Source: Nanobdellota archaeon (lineage in GTDB: Archaea; Nanobdellota; Nanobdellia; SCGC-AAA011-G17; JACPIM01). Taken from it: a stretch of 64,000 nt of DNA. This document shows, in pieces, positions 1 through 9,240 of this stretch (positions are counted from its first letter, which is position 1; the number at the start of each line of letters is the position of its first letter). Location of the stretch: the NCBI GenBank assembly GCA_038046265.1, contig JBBSWN010000010.1, positions 75,091 to 139,090 of the forward strand, given 5' to 3'. The notes below the pieces were generated by a model. It made no database searches. It saw nothing but the letters and a program-made list of their open reading frames with translations, and was not told the DNA's origin. A program made the position numbers and the translations under genes.

Positions 1-536
1 TGAGTTCTTAAAGGGACATTATTAAATGCAAGGCCGAGACCTTTTGTGAAAGTTGTTTTTGTTATGGAATTAAAGTAGCCGGTGCTGCCAAAAACTGTGC
101 TGACAACAATGCCGTCACCAATAAAATTTGAATTTAAACTTTTATTATTTACTTTTACATTAAACCTAATTGCTTCATATTGGTCTTTGTTTCTTATTAC
201 AATGTCGTTTATTGCTGCCAGCTTCTTGTTATTGTGAATAATATCCAGTTTTAAGTTTTCTTTTAAAGAGAACTTTTTTTGATTTAATTTTTTCAAGATA
301 AAATCAATATTGCTTAAATTATAGATAGAACATAATTTACAGATGCTGTTATCTCTAACTAATAATTTTGGTATTTTCGGGTATTTTCTTTCATTATAGA
401 AGTAAGTGCCGTCACCACCAACGCTAATTATTATTTCGGGATTTCTACTTAATTTCAGGTTTTTATATTTTAGAATTTTTTTGTTTACAAAAGAAACGCT
501 CTTTTTGTTTCTTCCTAAAACCAATATTTTTAGCAT
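1..536 (-). CDS. nadK: NAD kinase (partial; its 3' end lies beyond the window start)
   Basis: Manual minus-strand translation gives MLKILVLGRNKK...IISVGGDGTYFYNER...AAINDIVIRN...GDGIVVSTVFGSTGYFNSITKTTFTKGLGLAFNNVP. It has the GGDGT motif and the DG...ST.GSTxY signature of NAD kinases. There is no stop before position 1. The ATG is at 534-536 and an in-frame stop lies upstream at 762-764. Confidence 0.6.
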   Translation of the reverse strand, partial: MLKILVLGRNKKSVSFVNKKILKYKNLKLSRNPEIIISVGGDGTYFYNERKYPKIPKLLVRDNSICKLCSIYNLSNIDFILKKLNQKKFSLKENLKLDIIHNNKKLAAINDIVIRNKDQYEAIRFNVKVNNKSLNSNFIGDGIVVSTVFGSTGYFNSITKTTFTKGLGLAFNNVPLRT

Positions 537-570
537 TACTTTTATAAAACTAGGATTGTTAATAAAGCTT

Positions 571-1128
571 ATGGCTACTTTTGTTGTAGAGCATTTGGAT
601 GGAAAATTATGGAGATGGTGCTTGATTGAATACAAGCATATATCCAGGATTGTTGGAAAAAAGAGTTTATTGTTTACTAAAGTCAAAAGCAAGGAATTAA
701 GGAGATATGGTAAAGTTTTCAAGAAAAGCGTTTTAGAATTAAGTTTAAAAAATGCCTGTGTTTTAGATCCTGACGCCAAGAAGACTTTAACTCCTAAGGA
801 TGCCAGGAAATTTAAGTATTTTATTTTTGGGGGGATTTTAGGGAGCTATCCTGCCAAGAAAAGAACCAATAAAGAGTTAACAAGGAAATTGAAGTTTACA
901 GCAAGAAATATTGGGAAAAAGCAGTTCAGCACTGACAATGCTGTTTACGTTGTCAGGGAGATTCTGAAAGGAAAAAAATTAAAGGATTTAAAGTTTAAGG
1001 ACAAGATTGAAATACAATTAGGGAAGCATGATTCTGTTATTCTGCCCTACAGATACTTAATTATGAAAGGAAGACCACTTATTTCTGAAGAATTAGTTAA
1101 GTATTTGAAAAGAAGGAAAGAATTTTAG
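571..1128 (+). CDS. Conserved hypothetical protein of about 186 aa (possible SPOUT-like RNA-modification enzyme; unrecognised)
   Basis: The ORF-track frame 406..1128 starts on GTG and would overlap the nadK start. The first ATG is at 571 (MATFVVEHLDGKLWRW...FIFGGILGSYP). It lies divergent to nadK. Confidence 0.4.
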   Translation: MATFVVEHLDGKLWRWCLIEYKHISRIVGKKSLLFTKVKSKELRRYGKVFKKSVLELSLKNACVLDPDAKKTLTPKDARKFKYFIFGGILGSYPAKKRTNKELTRKLKFTARNIGKKQFSTDNAVYVVREILKGKKLKDLKFKDKIEIQLGKHDSVILPYRYLIMKGRPLISEELVKYLKRRKEF

Positions 1129-1183
1129 AGCTTTTATTGAGCTGCTATTAAGAATTTTAAAAAAAAGCAAAATTATGTTTTAA

Positions 1184-1600
1184 TTATTTTTGCTGGTCTT
1201 TTTCAACTAGTTCATTTAATTCTTGTGTCAACTGTTCTGAGTACGTTGCTGCTTTAGTGAGCTCTTCTTTTACTGCTTCCTGGGATTTATTTACATTTTC
1301 TACCTGCACTTTTACCAGCTTAATTGCTTCTTCTACTGTTTTTGTCACTAGAATGCCTGCACCAACGTTTACCATTACATTTCCAGGATCTGCTAGTTTA
1401 CTATTAACAAAAATCCCTGAACCTATAGAAGAAAATATTTCTGAATCTTTCTTAATGTCATTCATTTCAATTAAAGAAGTTTCAAGACTTGTTAATTCTG
1501 CCAACTGCTGCTGGAGCAACATGAATTGTTCCTGGACTTTTTTTATCTGCTGATTTAGAATTTGAAGTTCAATATATTTTTGCTGAATTTCCTGCTTCAT
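1184..1600 (-). CDS. pfdA: Prefoldin alpha subunit
   Basis: 138 aa with coiled-coil ends and a central beta-hairpin region (VNVGAGILVTKTVEEAIKLV). Archaea typically have pfdA near rpl14e. Confidence 0.7.
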   Translation of the reverse strand: MKQEIQQKYIELQILNQQIKKVQEQFMLLQQQLAELTSLETSLIEMNDIKKDSEIFSSIGSGIFVNSKLADPGNVMVNVGAGILVTKTVEEAIKLVKVQVENVNKSQEAVKEELTKAATYSEQLTQELNELVEKDQQK

Positions 1601-1605
1601 TTAAA

Positions 1606-1638
1606 CCCTTTTAGAAAAAGTGTTTACGGAAAACGACT
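1606..1638 (-). repeat. Recurrent upstream motif, copy upstream of pfdA
   Basis: Plus-strand text CCCTTTTAGAAAAAGTGTTTACGGAAAACGAC. Confidence 0.5.
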
Positions 1639-2308
1639 ATTTCTTGGCTCCTTTTTTAGTTTTTTCTGCTTTTGCTTTTTTTGGCTTTGTTTTTTTAGGC
1701 TCTTTTTTTACCTCTTTCTTTGGAACTTCTTTTATTTGAACTTTTTCTTCCTTTTTTAATTCTTTTTTCTCAGGAAGAGCTTTTAGCTTTTTCTTTTTTT
1801 CCTTAACTTCATAACCAAGAGCTTTTAACTCACGCTTTATTGTTTCTGTTGATTCATTTTTTTTAATATCTAATTTTTTATCCAAAGTTTTTAAGTGAAG
1901 AACATTGCATTTTCTTCTTTTTAACTGGCCGTCTATCAAGACAAAATTTTCATCTAATTTATCTATAATAACACATACTGAACCTGCTTCTCTTCCTGCT
2001 GTTTTTACACATAGTTGACCAAGTTCTAAAGGCAGTTCTTTTAGGTTTTTGAATTTTTCAATTATTTTTTCTCTAGAACATTTTGAGCACAAGTTTCCTC
2101 CAAAAGGCCTGGAAACTGTTTTTTGCGAGTATGGAAGATTTCTGAAGACAAACGGTCTTTCTCTTGGTATTCCTTTTAAATCATGACCACAAGAACCGCA
2201 TTTTGCTATTGACGGCTTTCTTTTTATGTAATGAACTGCTAAATTATTTCCAGGTGTTCTTACCTGGATTCTTCTTAAGCTTCTTGTTGCCTGAGGTTGA
2301 AATGCCAT
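1637..2308 (-). CDS. rpl34e-rpl14e: In-frame fusion of ribosomal proteins L34e (N-terminal) and L14e (C-terminal) with a lysine-rich tail
   Basis: The N-terminus MAFQPQATRSLRRIQVRTPG...CGSCGH...CSKCSRE is the L34e zinc ribbon. Residues from about 95 (LGQLCVKTAGREAGSVCVIIDKLDENFVLIDGQLKRRKCNVLHLKTL) are the L14e KOW fold. No stop and no in-frame ATG/GTG/TTG separates the two parts (the junction codons are CTA AAA GAA CTG CCT TTA GAA CTT GGT CAA). A roughly 55-aa K/E-rich tail follows. Confidence 0.7.
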   Translation of the reverse strand: MAFQPQATRSLRRIQVRTPGNNLAVHYIKRKPSIAKCGSCGHDLKGIPRERPFVFRNLPYSQKTVSRPFGGNLCSKCSREKIIEKFKNLKELPLELGQLCVKTAGREAGSVCVIIDKLDENFVLIDGQLKRRKCNVLHLKTLDKKLDIKKNESTETIKRELKALGYEVKEKKKKLKALPEKKELKKEEKVQIKEVPKKEVKKEPKKTKPKKAKAEKTKKGAKK

Positions 2309-2309
2309 T

Positions 2310-2768
2310 TTAGTGTATTTTTAATAATTTTCTTAAGGCTATGTTAAAGATTATTGAAAACAAGATATATGAACCGAGCCATCCCAAGCTTATGCCGAAT
2401 GGCAATGTCAGCAATTTTACTCCTGGAGGAAAAGCTTGCCTTAACCAACCAAAGATAAACAACAAAGGAAGCAAAGTTACCAATGTTGCTGGAAGCGAGT
2501 GCTGTAAGTATTTTAAACTTGTTTCCATTGATCTTTTTTGTATTTCTATTAGTTTCTGGGGGTCATTTTTAAACTTTTGCATTTCTTTTTTAAAATATTC
2601 TGTGTCTTCTTTCAAGGATTTCATTGCATGCTGGTTTGTAAAAAATTTCATAGCCAGGTTTACTATTAAAGTTAAGATAAATGAGATTATAATAATGTTC
2701 CAAGGATTTCCTAAGGAAATTATTGGTCCGAACAAGAAATTAAAGAAACTTTCTAATGCCATTTTCAC
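2310..2768 (-). CDS. DUF106 / Oxa1-superfamily membrane insertase-like protein
   Basis: 152 aa with 3 TM segments and a central charged coiled region. It sits in the conserved position next to secY. Confidence 0.55.
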   Translation of the reverse strand: MKMALESFFNFLFGPIISLGNPWNIIIISFILTLIVNLAMKFFTNQHAMKSLKEDTEYFKKEMQKFKNDPQKLIEIQKRSMETSLKYLQHSLPATLVTLLPLLFIFGWLRQAFPPGVKLLTLPFGISLGWLGSYILFSIIFNIALRKLLKIH

Positions 2769-4165
2769 TCCATCATTTTTCTGAAAGCGGGATTCATGTC
2801 TGCCATGTGCTGCTTACTGATATCTTCATATAATCTGTATATAATCATTACTGTCAGCAAGATTCCTGTTCCACTTGACAATGCTCCGAGCAAGTCTGCT
2901 GTTGCTGCCAACAACCCAACTGCTACTGCTCCCATTACAGTTAAAGGAGAAATGTATCTTTCTAATAATCTTTCAACAACTCTAGGGTCTCTTCTAAAAC
3001 CAGGAACTTGAAGACCAGAATTAATTATTTGTTTTGCCTGGGAGGATGCATCCATTCCAGATGTCTGGACCCAGAAAACTGAAAATATTATAGAACCAAT
3101 TACAAAAGAAAGTATGTAAACCAAGGATTTAAGTATTAAAATTGGATGGAAACTGCCACCTAAAATTTCTGCTGGCAGATTAGGAGCAAAAAGCCAGGCA
3201 ACTAGGCCAGAAACTGGAACATTGCCTGCAAATGTACCTAACAATGGAATGCCTTTGCTTTCTAATAATCTTGCCCATAATTGAATATTTGCAAACAAAG
3301 CAGCTATTAATATAACTGGAATATTTGATGTGTAAATGAATTTTAAAGGCCATCTTATGCCATGACCTCTGATTCTTCCAAAGCTTAATGGAATTTCCAC
3401 TTTCATAGATTGAGCATATGTTGCTATAAGGAAAATTAAAATTGTGAATACAATTAACAAGGCTGCTAGAAAAGCTTCTCTAGGATTTCTTCCTATTAAG
3501 GATAACAAGAAAACCCATAACTGGCCGACTGGACTTTCACCTGTGCCAAATGCAAATGTTCCTGCTCTTGTTAAAGGAGAGAAAATTCTTATAAAAATCT
3601 GGGAAGAAACACCAGCTGCTATAAACAATGAAATACCAGAACCAAAACCCCATTTATTTAAGACTTCATCCATGAACAAGACCACCATGCCACCAACAAA
3701 CAACTGGAATATTAATATTAATTGAAGATAAAAGAATGTTGATTGAAGCAAATTTTGAGCAGGAGCAAGACCACCTAAAAGCACGTAAACTATAGCTTCA
3801 AAAATAATGAAGAATACTGCTGCTATTTTTTGGACACCCTGGAATTTTGTCCTGCCTTCTTTTGTTGTTGTGTCAAATTTCAATATTTCAGAACCTACCA
3901 ACAACTGGAGAACTATGGATGCTGTAACTATCGGGCCAATACCCAAAGATAAAATGCTGCCAAAGCTTGCCCCCAACAATATTGACAAGGATTCAAATTG
4001 AGATAATGCGTTTTGACCAAGACCATACAATGGAACAACACTAAGAATATAGAAGGCTGCTAAAATAGTTAAAGTCCACTTTAACTTAATATTGAAAGAA
4101 AGGTGTTTTTCATCTGGACCTTTTACTTCTGGAAGCTTCCTTATCCAATTGTCGAGAATACTCAT
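2765..4165 (-). CDS. secY: Preprotein translocase subunit SecY
   Basis: 466 aa with 10 TM segments. It ends the ribosomal operon after L15. Confidence 0.9.
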   Translation of the reverse strand: MSILDNWIRKLPEVKGPDEKHLSFNIKLKWTLTILAAFYILSVVPLYGLGQNALSQFESLSILLGASFGSILSLGIGPIVTASIVLQLLVGSEILKFDTTTKEGRTKFQGVQKIAAVFFIIFEAIVYVLLGGLAPAQNLLQSTFFYLQLILIFQLFVGGMVVLFMDEVLNKWGFGSGISLFIAAGVSSQIFIRIFSPLTRAGTFAFGTGESPVGQLWVFLLSLIGRNPREAFLAALLIVFTILIFLIATYAQSMKVEIPLSFGRIRGHGIRWPLKFIYTSNIPVILIAALFANIQLWARLLESKGIPLLGTFAGNVPVSGLVAWLFAPNLPAEILGGSFHPILILKSLVYILSFVIGSIIFSVFWVQTSGMDASSQAKQIINSGLQVPGFRRDPRVVERLLERYISPLTVMGAVAVGLLAATADLLGALSSGTGILLTVMIIYRLYEDISKQHMADMNPAFRKMME

Positions 4166-4572
4166 TGTTCTAAAACTTGTCCACCTGCTTTTTCTATTTT
4201 TTCTTTTGCGCTTTCTGAAAATTTAGGCACTATTACAGTAATTTTCTTGTTTATATTTCCTTTGCCTAATAGTTTGTTATAACCTAGGTTTAATAAATTT
4301 ATTTTGTCTTCCTTGAATTTATTTAAGTCTTGAACATTAATTGTTTTTATTTTTAACAAGACTTTTTGAGGTCTTTTAAAGCCAGTTTTTCCAAAGTAAG
4401 CGTGGCCAAATTGCTTTAAGATCATGGTTTTTCTATGGTCAGATCTTTTACCTGTGCCAGACATTCCATGGCCGCCTCGATTTCCTGCTTTTCTATGCTT
4501 TTTCTTACTACCCCAGCCATATGTATAGCTTCCTTTCTGCCTTGAATTTTTCTTTCTTTTGTTTACTGGCAT
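4162..4572 (-). CDS. rpl15: 50S ribosomal protein L15 (uL15)
   Basis: Basic, glycine-rich N-terminus (GHGMSGTGKR) in the conserved position. Confidence 0.85.
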   Translation of the reverse strand: MPVNKRKKNSRQKGSYTYGWGSKKKHRKAGNRGGHGMSGTGKRSDHRKTMILKQFGHAYFGKTGFKRPQKVLLKIKTINVQDLNKFKEDKINLLNLGYNKLLGKGNINKKITVIVPKFSESAKEKIEKAGGQVLEQ

Positions 4573-4585
4573 GATCTTTTTAAAA

Positions 4586-4640
4586 AAAGCTTTACCAAAA
4601 ATAAGAACTAACCCTTTAACAAAGCGTTAACGGAAAGATT
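4586..4640 (-). repeat. Recurrent upstream motif, copy upstream of rpl15 (element order differs)
   Basis: AAAGCTTTACCAAAAA ... ACCCTTTAACAAAGCGTTAACGGAAAG. Confidence 0.4.
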
Positions 4641-4669
4641 CTTATCAACTCCGATGAACTTTTTTCCTC

Positions 4670-5146
4670 CTAAATCATTTTTTGAATTAAATCATTTATT
4701 TTTTCTTTTCTATAGCCTAATGAACCGCCTAATGAATATGGTTTTTTTGTCCCTGATTTTTCAAAACCACCTTTTGGCGGGCATAATTTGAAAAAATTTT
4801 TTAAACCAGGAATATCCTTGAATTCTTTTTTTGAATTTAAGAACTGCTCTGAAAATTCGTCTAATGATAATTTTGTTTTGTCTTTGACATAATTTTCTGA
4901 GAATTTTTCTTTTTTTGTGATTTTACCTCTTTTAACTAACAATAATTTTAAAGTTTCTTTGTTAATTTCACCCCATGTGACAAAGTCATTTATTTTCTGG
5001 ATTATGCTAGCATAATTTTGAGAAGAAGAAACTATGGTGCATGTAAATTTATTATATAATCTTAATAATTTAAATGTGTCCTTAATTTCCTTTTTTATGT
5101 TTACTTGTCCAGCAAGCCTGACAATAGCTAATCTCTTGTTTTCCAT
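4670..5146 (-). CDS. rpl30: 50S ribosomal protein L30 (uL30)
   Basis: Lies between S5 and L15. The N-terminal ferredoxin-like domain is MENKRLAIVRLAGQVN. Confidence 0.8.
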   Translation of the reverse strand: MENKRLAIVRLAGQVNIKKEIKDTFKLLRLYNKFTCTIVSSSQNYASIIQKINDFVTWGEINKETLKLLLVKRGKITKKEKFSENYVKDKTKLSLDEFSEQFLNSKKEFKDIPGLKNFFKLCPPKGGFEKSGTKKPYSLGGSLGYRKEKINDLIQKMI

Positions 5147-5148
5147 TT

Positions 5149-5961
5149 TTATGATATGACCTCTGGAATTTCTTCTCTTACTTTATGCTGGGTTTTTGTT
5201 GAACTTAATTTTTTCAAAGCATCGAAACAAGATGAAATAAGATTTAGTTTTGTTCTTGACTGGCCGAAGGTTCTTGAATAAACATCTTTAATGCCTGCAA
5301 AATTTAAAAGCTTGGCACATTCTTTTTCAACACAAAGGCCTGTTCCTTTAGGAGCTGGCAAAAGCTCAATTTCAACTGAACTTGTTTTTGCACTTACTGC
5401 AAAAGGTATAGAATGAGAACCTTGGCAACTGCATTCCCAGGAGCCACAACCATTTTTAATTTTCATCAAATTTAACTTTGCTTTTCTGACTGCTTTTTCC
5501 CTTGCCGGGACTGTTTCTTTTGCCTTGCCATAACCAAAACCAACATAACCTTCCTTGTTTCCGACAATTGCTAAAGCTGCGAACTTTGGCTTGTTTCCTT
5601 CTGCTGTTTTTTTCTGGGTCTGCCTCCAGATTGATCTTTTTCCACCGCCAAATTTTCCCTTGCTCTGACCAACCAGGATAAAATCTGTTTCTAAATTAGG
5701 GATTAAAGTATCAACAATTTGAGCTTCAAGGATTCTTAATCCTTTTCCAAGAATTTCATCTATATTAGTTATCTTCCCTTCTTTTACAAGCTTTCCCAAA
5801 GTTGTTTTTGGAGACCAGCCTGAGACTTCTTCTTTTATAACTACACCTGCTGGTAGTTCAGCTTCAGGCAGCGCTTCAATTGACAAAGCAACTTCTGTGC
5901 TTTCAAGCTTGCTTTCTTCTTGTTCTGGAAGTCTTTTCTTCTCCATTGGAACCCTTTTCAT
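5149..5961 (-). CDS. rps5: 30S ribosomal protein S5 (uS5) with an acidic N-terminal extension of about 48 aa
   Basis: It has the dsRBD and S5 C-terminal domain (GKFGGGKRSIWRQ...VGNKEGYVGFGYGKAKE). The canonical start WSPKTTLGKLV is at residue 49. Confidence 0.85.
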   Translation of the reverse strand: MKRVPMEKKRLPEQEESKLESTEVALSIEALPEAELPAGVVIKEEVSGWSPKTTLGKLVKEGKITNIDEILGKGLRILEAQIVDTLIPNLETDFILVGQSKGKFGGGKRSIWRQTQKKTAEGNKPKFAALAIVGNKEGYVGFGYGKAKETVPAREKAVRKAKLNLMKIKNGCGSWECSCQGSHSIPFAVSAKTSSVEIELLPAPKGTGLCVEKECAKLLNFAGIKDVYSRTFGQSRTKLNLISSCFDALKKLSSTKTQHKVREEIPEVIS

Positions 5962-6016
5962 AATGCGTTCACGGAAAACCGGGAACCTTTTTTGGCAAAA
6001 AGCTTCACCAAAAAAA
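5951..6016 (-). repeat. Recurrent upstream motif, copy upstream of and overlapping the rps5 start
   Basis: ACCCTTTTCAT|AATGCGTTCACGGAAAACCGG ... AAAAGCTTCACCAAAAAAA. Confidence 0.5.
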
Positions 6017-6033
6017 CAGGTGAAACCTTGCTT

Positions 6034-6546
6034 TTACTTTAATATTTTTGCCTTAATTTCATTTATATGCTTTCCTAAATCAGGAATCTTGTACTGTTTG
6101 TTTGATTTTTCATAATGATTTATTATGTGTTTTCCTTCTAATCTATCTTGGGAAGGAAGTATTTCTTTTTTATGGGGAATGTTTAAACCAGCATCAATTG
6201 AACCTTTTAATACTGCATACAATCTTGAGCCTTTTACGCTTCTATAAAGGCCTATGTCCAAAATAACTTTTTTTATTCCTTTTGCCAGAGCTTTTTTTCC
6301 AACCAAGATACCAAGAAGATATGCTGCTGGAATATTTTTTTTAGATGACTTAAGGCTGTATTTTTTCTCCAGTTCTTTTGTAGATGCTGACAAAAGTATT
6401 TTGTCACCATTTTCATGAAATTCAATTATTTGAGCTAAAGTGTTTTTTAAGGATTTTCTTACTACTAGCCTTGGTAATCTAGATTTAACTAAGGTTAGCC
6501 TTTTTCTATAATCTGTTCTTCCGTGAATTTTTCTGTTGAACTGCAT
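6034..6546 (-). CDS. rpl18: 50S ribosomal protein L18 (uL18)
   Basis: Begins MQFNRKIHGRTDYRKRL. Conserved position. Confidence 0.8.
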   Translation of the reverse strand: MQFNRKIHGRTDYRKRLTLVKSRLPRLVVRKSLKNTLAQIIEFHENGDKILLSASTKELEKKYSLKSSKKNIPAAYLLGILVGKKALAKGIKKVILDIGLYRSVKGSRLYAVLKGSIDAGLNIPHKKEILPSQDRLEGKHIINHYEKSNKQYKIPDLGKHINEIKAKILK

Positions 6547-6547
6547 T

Positions 6548-7003
6548 TTACTTTCTCTTCAGGAACAAGTTGTTTTCATCCAAGTGTAATTTCAAGTGTC
6601 TTTTACTCCTGAACTGGTTTCCTTTTATCATTTTGTAGACTTTTGAGTATGTTTCTGGAGCAACAAGATTTTTAAGTTTTAACAATTTAATGAATTTTCT
6701 TTGAACACGTACTTTTGTTATCCAAGCTCTTTTTCTAGGAGTTCTTGCTGTCTTTGTACCTTTTCTTGAACCTTGGCCTTTTCTTTTTCCTTTCCTTTTT
6801 TGCAATCTTAATTTATTTGCCCTGAAAGATGAGATTCCTTTTTTTTGCTTTGCTTTTATTGCATCATCATTAATTAATTTTCTAATGTCTGCTTTTGTAA
6901 TAGCTTCTTTAATATCATTCAATCTAGTGTTGTCAAACCAAACTCTGTTTTGACCTGCCTTCAAGATGTCTGCTGCTATTCTTTTCTGGACGTTTAGTTT
7001 CAT
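6548..7003 (-). CDS. rpl19e: 50S ribosomal protein L19e
   Basis: Begins MKLNVQKRIAADILKAGQNRVWFD, the L19e signature. Confidence 0.85.
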   Translation of the reverse strand: MKLNVQKRIAADILKAGQNRVWFDNTRLNDIKEAITKADIRKLINDDAIKAKQKKGISSFRANKLRLQKRKGKRKGQGSRKGTKTARTPRKRAWITKVRVQRKFIKLLKLKNLVAPETYSKVYKMIKGNQFRSKRHLKLHLDENNLFLKRK

Positions 7004-7563
7004 AATCCTGCCTCAAGTACTTTTCTTTTTTCTTCTTTTTCTCTTAATTTTTTTTCTTCATCTGTTTCTTTCTTTTCTTCTTTTACTTCCGGCTTTTTCT
7101 CCGGCTTCTTTTCTTTTATCTTTAGTTTTTCCTTTTTTTCCTTGATTCTTTTTTCAAATTCACTTATCAAGGACTTAATTTTTTCATCTATATTTTTTAT
7201 ATTCTGGATTTTGAAACTTTTTTCTTTTATTTTTTTCAATAATTCAATTCTTTTTTTTGCACCAACTGTTCTTCCTATTATTAAGATATTGTCTTTAGTT
7301 ACTTTTGCTAAATCATTTAAAGAATGAATTAAAATTGGAATTAAACCTTCTTTGCTTAAACCACGAACAAGCCTAGGGCTTTTATAACCAACACTGGGCT
7401 GTTTTCTTTTGCCCAGCTTCTTTTTCCTCATCTTAGAATGAATTCCCTTTGGCTTTCTCCAGGTTTTTTCAAGGTTTTTTCTTGCCGGGTATTCCTGCCT
7501 AATAAATTCTGGCTTGTTGTCTTTTATTTTTTCTCTTAATTCAAGCAATTCTGGGATTTTCAT
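7000..7563 (-). CDS. rpl32e: 50S ribosomal protein L32e with a K/E-rich C-terminal extension
   Basis: Core EFIRQEYPARKNLEKTWRKPKGIHSKMR, followed by a KEKK-repeat tail of about 70 aa. Confidence 0.8.
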   Translation of the reverse strand: MKIPELLELREKIKDNKPEFIRQEYPARKNLEKTWRKPKGIHSKMRKKKLGKRKQPSVGYKSPRLVRGLSKEGLIPILIHSLNDLAKVTKDNILIIGRTVGAKKRIELLKKIKEKSFKIQNIKNIDEKIKSLISEFEKRIKEKKEKLKIKEKKPEKKPEVKEEKKETDEEKKLREKEEKRKVLEAGL

Positions 7564-8126
7564 TTTAAATTTTCTCCTGCTTTTTCTATAATAAAGCAGC
7601 CGTCCTGGAATACACGCCTGTCTTTTTTTCGAATTTTAGTTGCAATTTCAATATTTGCACTAACTTGGCCAGCTTTTTCCTTGTCAAGGCTTTCAACAAC
7701 AATTATGTCACCATTTACTTTTACATTCACATTTTCTATTATATTTGCTGTTCTAGGGACTTTTTCCCCTAAGAAATTTTTAATTATGACTTTGTTTTTT
7801 TCAACAGAAACGCTCATAGGAAAGTGCCCTGAGCAAATTTTTAGCTTATATGTAAAATTATCTTTCACACCTTTTGCCATATTGTCGAAAATTGAAACTC
7901 CTGAATTAAGGTAGTCTTTGGATTTTCTGGAAAGGCCGTGAACAGAGAATTTTAAATTGTTATTTTCTTTTGTTAATTCAACTTTTAATGGTGTGAAGTT
8001 TTTTTGGATCTCTCCTTTTGGGCCTTTTATTTTTAGAATATTGTTATTTAGAGAAACTTCCACGTTTTCCGGGATTTCAATTTCTTCAAAAAGCTTTTTT
8101 TCTTTCATCTTAATAAACATAAGCAA
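7560..8126 (-). CDS. rpl6: 50S ribosomal protein L6 (uL6)
   Basis: Two L6 alpha/beta repeats. Conserved position. Confidence 0.85.
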   Translation of the reverse strand: MLMFIKMKEKKLFEEIEIPENVEVSLNNNILKIKGPKGEIQKNFTPLKVELTKENNNLKFSVHGLSRKSKDYLNSGVSIFDNMAKGVKDNFTYKLKICSGHFPMSVSVEKNKVIIKNFLGEKVPRTANIIENVNVKVNGDIIVVESLDKEKAGQVSANIEIATKIRKKDRRVFQDGCFIIEKAGENLK

Positions 8127-8502
8127 TTAATCTTCCGCCTAATTTTTTTTCTTTTGCCTCCAAATGAGTCATAACGCCTTTTGATGTTGAAACTATCAAG
8201 AAACCAAAGTCCTTGGCTGGAAGATATCTTTTCTCGAATTTTTCATATTCTGTTTTCTTTATATTATACCTAGGTTTTATAGAACCGCATTTGTTGATGT
8301 TTCCAAGCAAATGGATTTTTGCATGGCCACCTTTTATATTTTCTGTGTATTCAATTAAGCCAAGGAAATTGTTATTTTTCATTATTTCAAAAATAACTTT
8401 TATTGTTTTTGATATTGGTTTAACTAGGCAAGACTGTTTTCCAACTTTTTCTGCATTCAAGATATTTGAGAGTGCAGTTGACAATGTGTCGTTCATTGAC
8501 AT
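8110..8502 (-). CDS. rps8: 30S ribosomal protein S8 (uS8)
   Basis: Begins MSMNDTLSTALSNILNAEKVGK and ends RLIAYVY. Confidence 0.85.
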   Translation of the reverse strand: MSMNDTLSTALSNILNAEKVGKQSCLVKPISKTIKVIFEIMKNNNFLGLIEYTENIKGGHAKIHLLGNINKCGSIKPRYNIKKTEYEKFEKRYLPAKDFGFLIVSTSKGVMTHLEAKEKKLGGRLIAYVY

Positions 8503-8503
8503 T

Positions 8504-8734
8504 TTAGCTGTATTTTTTGAATCCTATGTCTCTCGCTATTTCCCTAAAGCACTGCCTGCATAATTTTAGGCCATATTTGCTTATATGGGCTCCAGTTCTG
8601 CCGCATCTCCTGCATTTATGATTCATGTCTCCAACTGACCTTTTTTTTGGAGCATTGTGCTTTATGAACTTGTTTAATTTAGCTGGCTTGTTTTTCAGCT
8701 GCTTAAAAACTTTTTTGTAATTGCTTGTTGTCAT
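8504..8734 (-). CDS. rps14: 30S ribosomal protein S14 type Z (uS14), zinc ribbon
   Basis: Contains the CRRCGR...CRQC zinc motif. Confidence 0.8.
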   Translation of the reverse strand: MTTSNYKKVFKQLKNKPAKLNKFIKHNAPKKRSVGDMNHKCRRCGRTGAHISKYGLKLCRQCFREIARDIGFKKYS

Positions 8735-9240
8735 TGTGAGACCTCTAAAGAGTATTTTTTGTTAATGAAGTCAATTGCTTCCTGTTTTGATATTCTATGC
8801 TTCATTGGGATTTTTCTTTTCATTATAGCTCTTTTTTTAATTCTAAAACCAGGCCTCTCCAATGTTACTGAAACATCAAAGCCTATAATTCCAATTGAAG
8901 CATCATACTGAAGGCCGGGAATATCAAGATATTCTGGAACCCCGAATGAAAAATTACCCTGGCTGTCAAATTTCAACAGTGTTACTTTTTCCTTGTTAGC
9001 TACAAGTATTCTTTGCAATAATTCTTCTGCTTTCTTTCCTCTTATAGTTACTTTACATCCTATTTGCAAACCAGGACGAATGTCCCAAGTAGGAATTCTT
9101 TTTTGTGTTGTTGTTGGAACTGGCTTCATGTTTGAGAGTTTATTCAATAATTTAAGGCCTTTTTCCAGTCTTTCACCTGGCCCGCCTGTGCCTATGTTCA
9201 AGGTGATCTTCGCTATCCTGATTTCTTTCATTTTGTTCAT
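8731..9240 (-). CDS. rpl5: 50S ribosomal protein L5 (uL5)
   Basis: Conserved position. Begins [19 protein letters not shown]. Confidence 0.85.
   Translation of the reverse strand: MNKMKEIRIAKITLNIGTGGPGERLEKGLKLLNKLSNMKPVPTTTQKRIPTWDIRPGLQIGCKVTIRGKKAEELLQRILVANKEKVTLLKFDSQGNFSFGVPEYLDIPGLQYDASIGIIGFDVSVTLERPGFRIKKRAIMKRKIPMKHRISKQEAIDFINKKYSLEVSQ

Noticed and set aside
406-570. GTG-initiated N-terminal extension of ORF 406..1128
   Set aside because: It would overlap the nadK start codon (534-536) on the other strand. The first ATG at 571 gives a sensible start.
1257-1759. ORF-track frames 1257..1553 (+) and 1562..1759 (+)
   Set aside because: They lie antisense to or overlap pfdA and the L34e-L14e gene, have low-complexity F/L-rich translations, and are an AT-rich antisense artefact.
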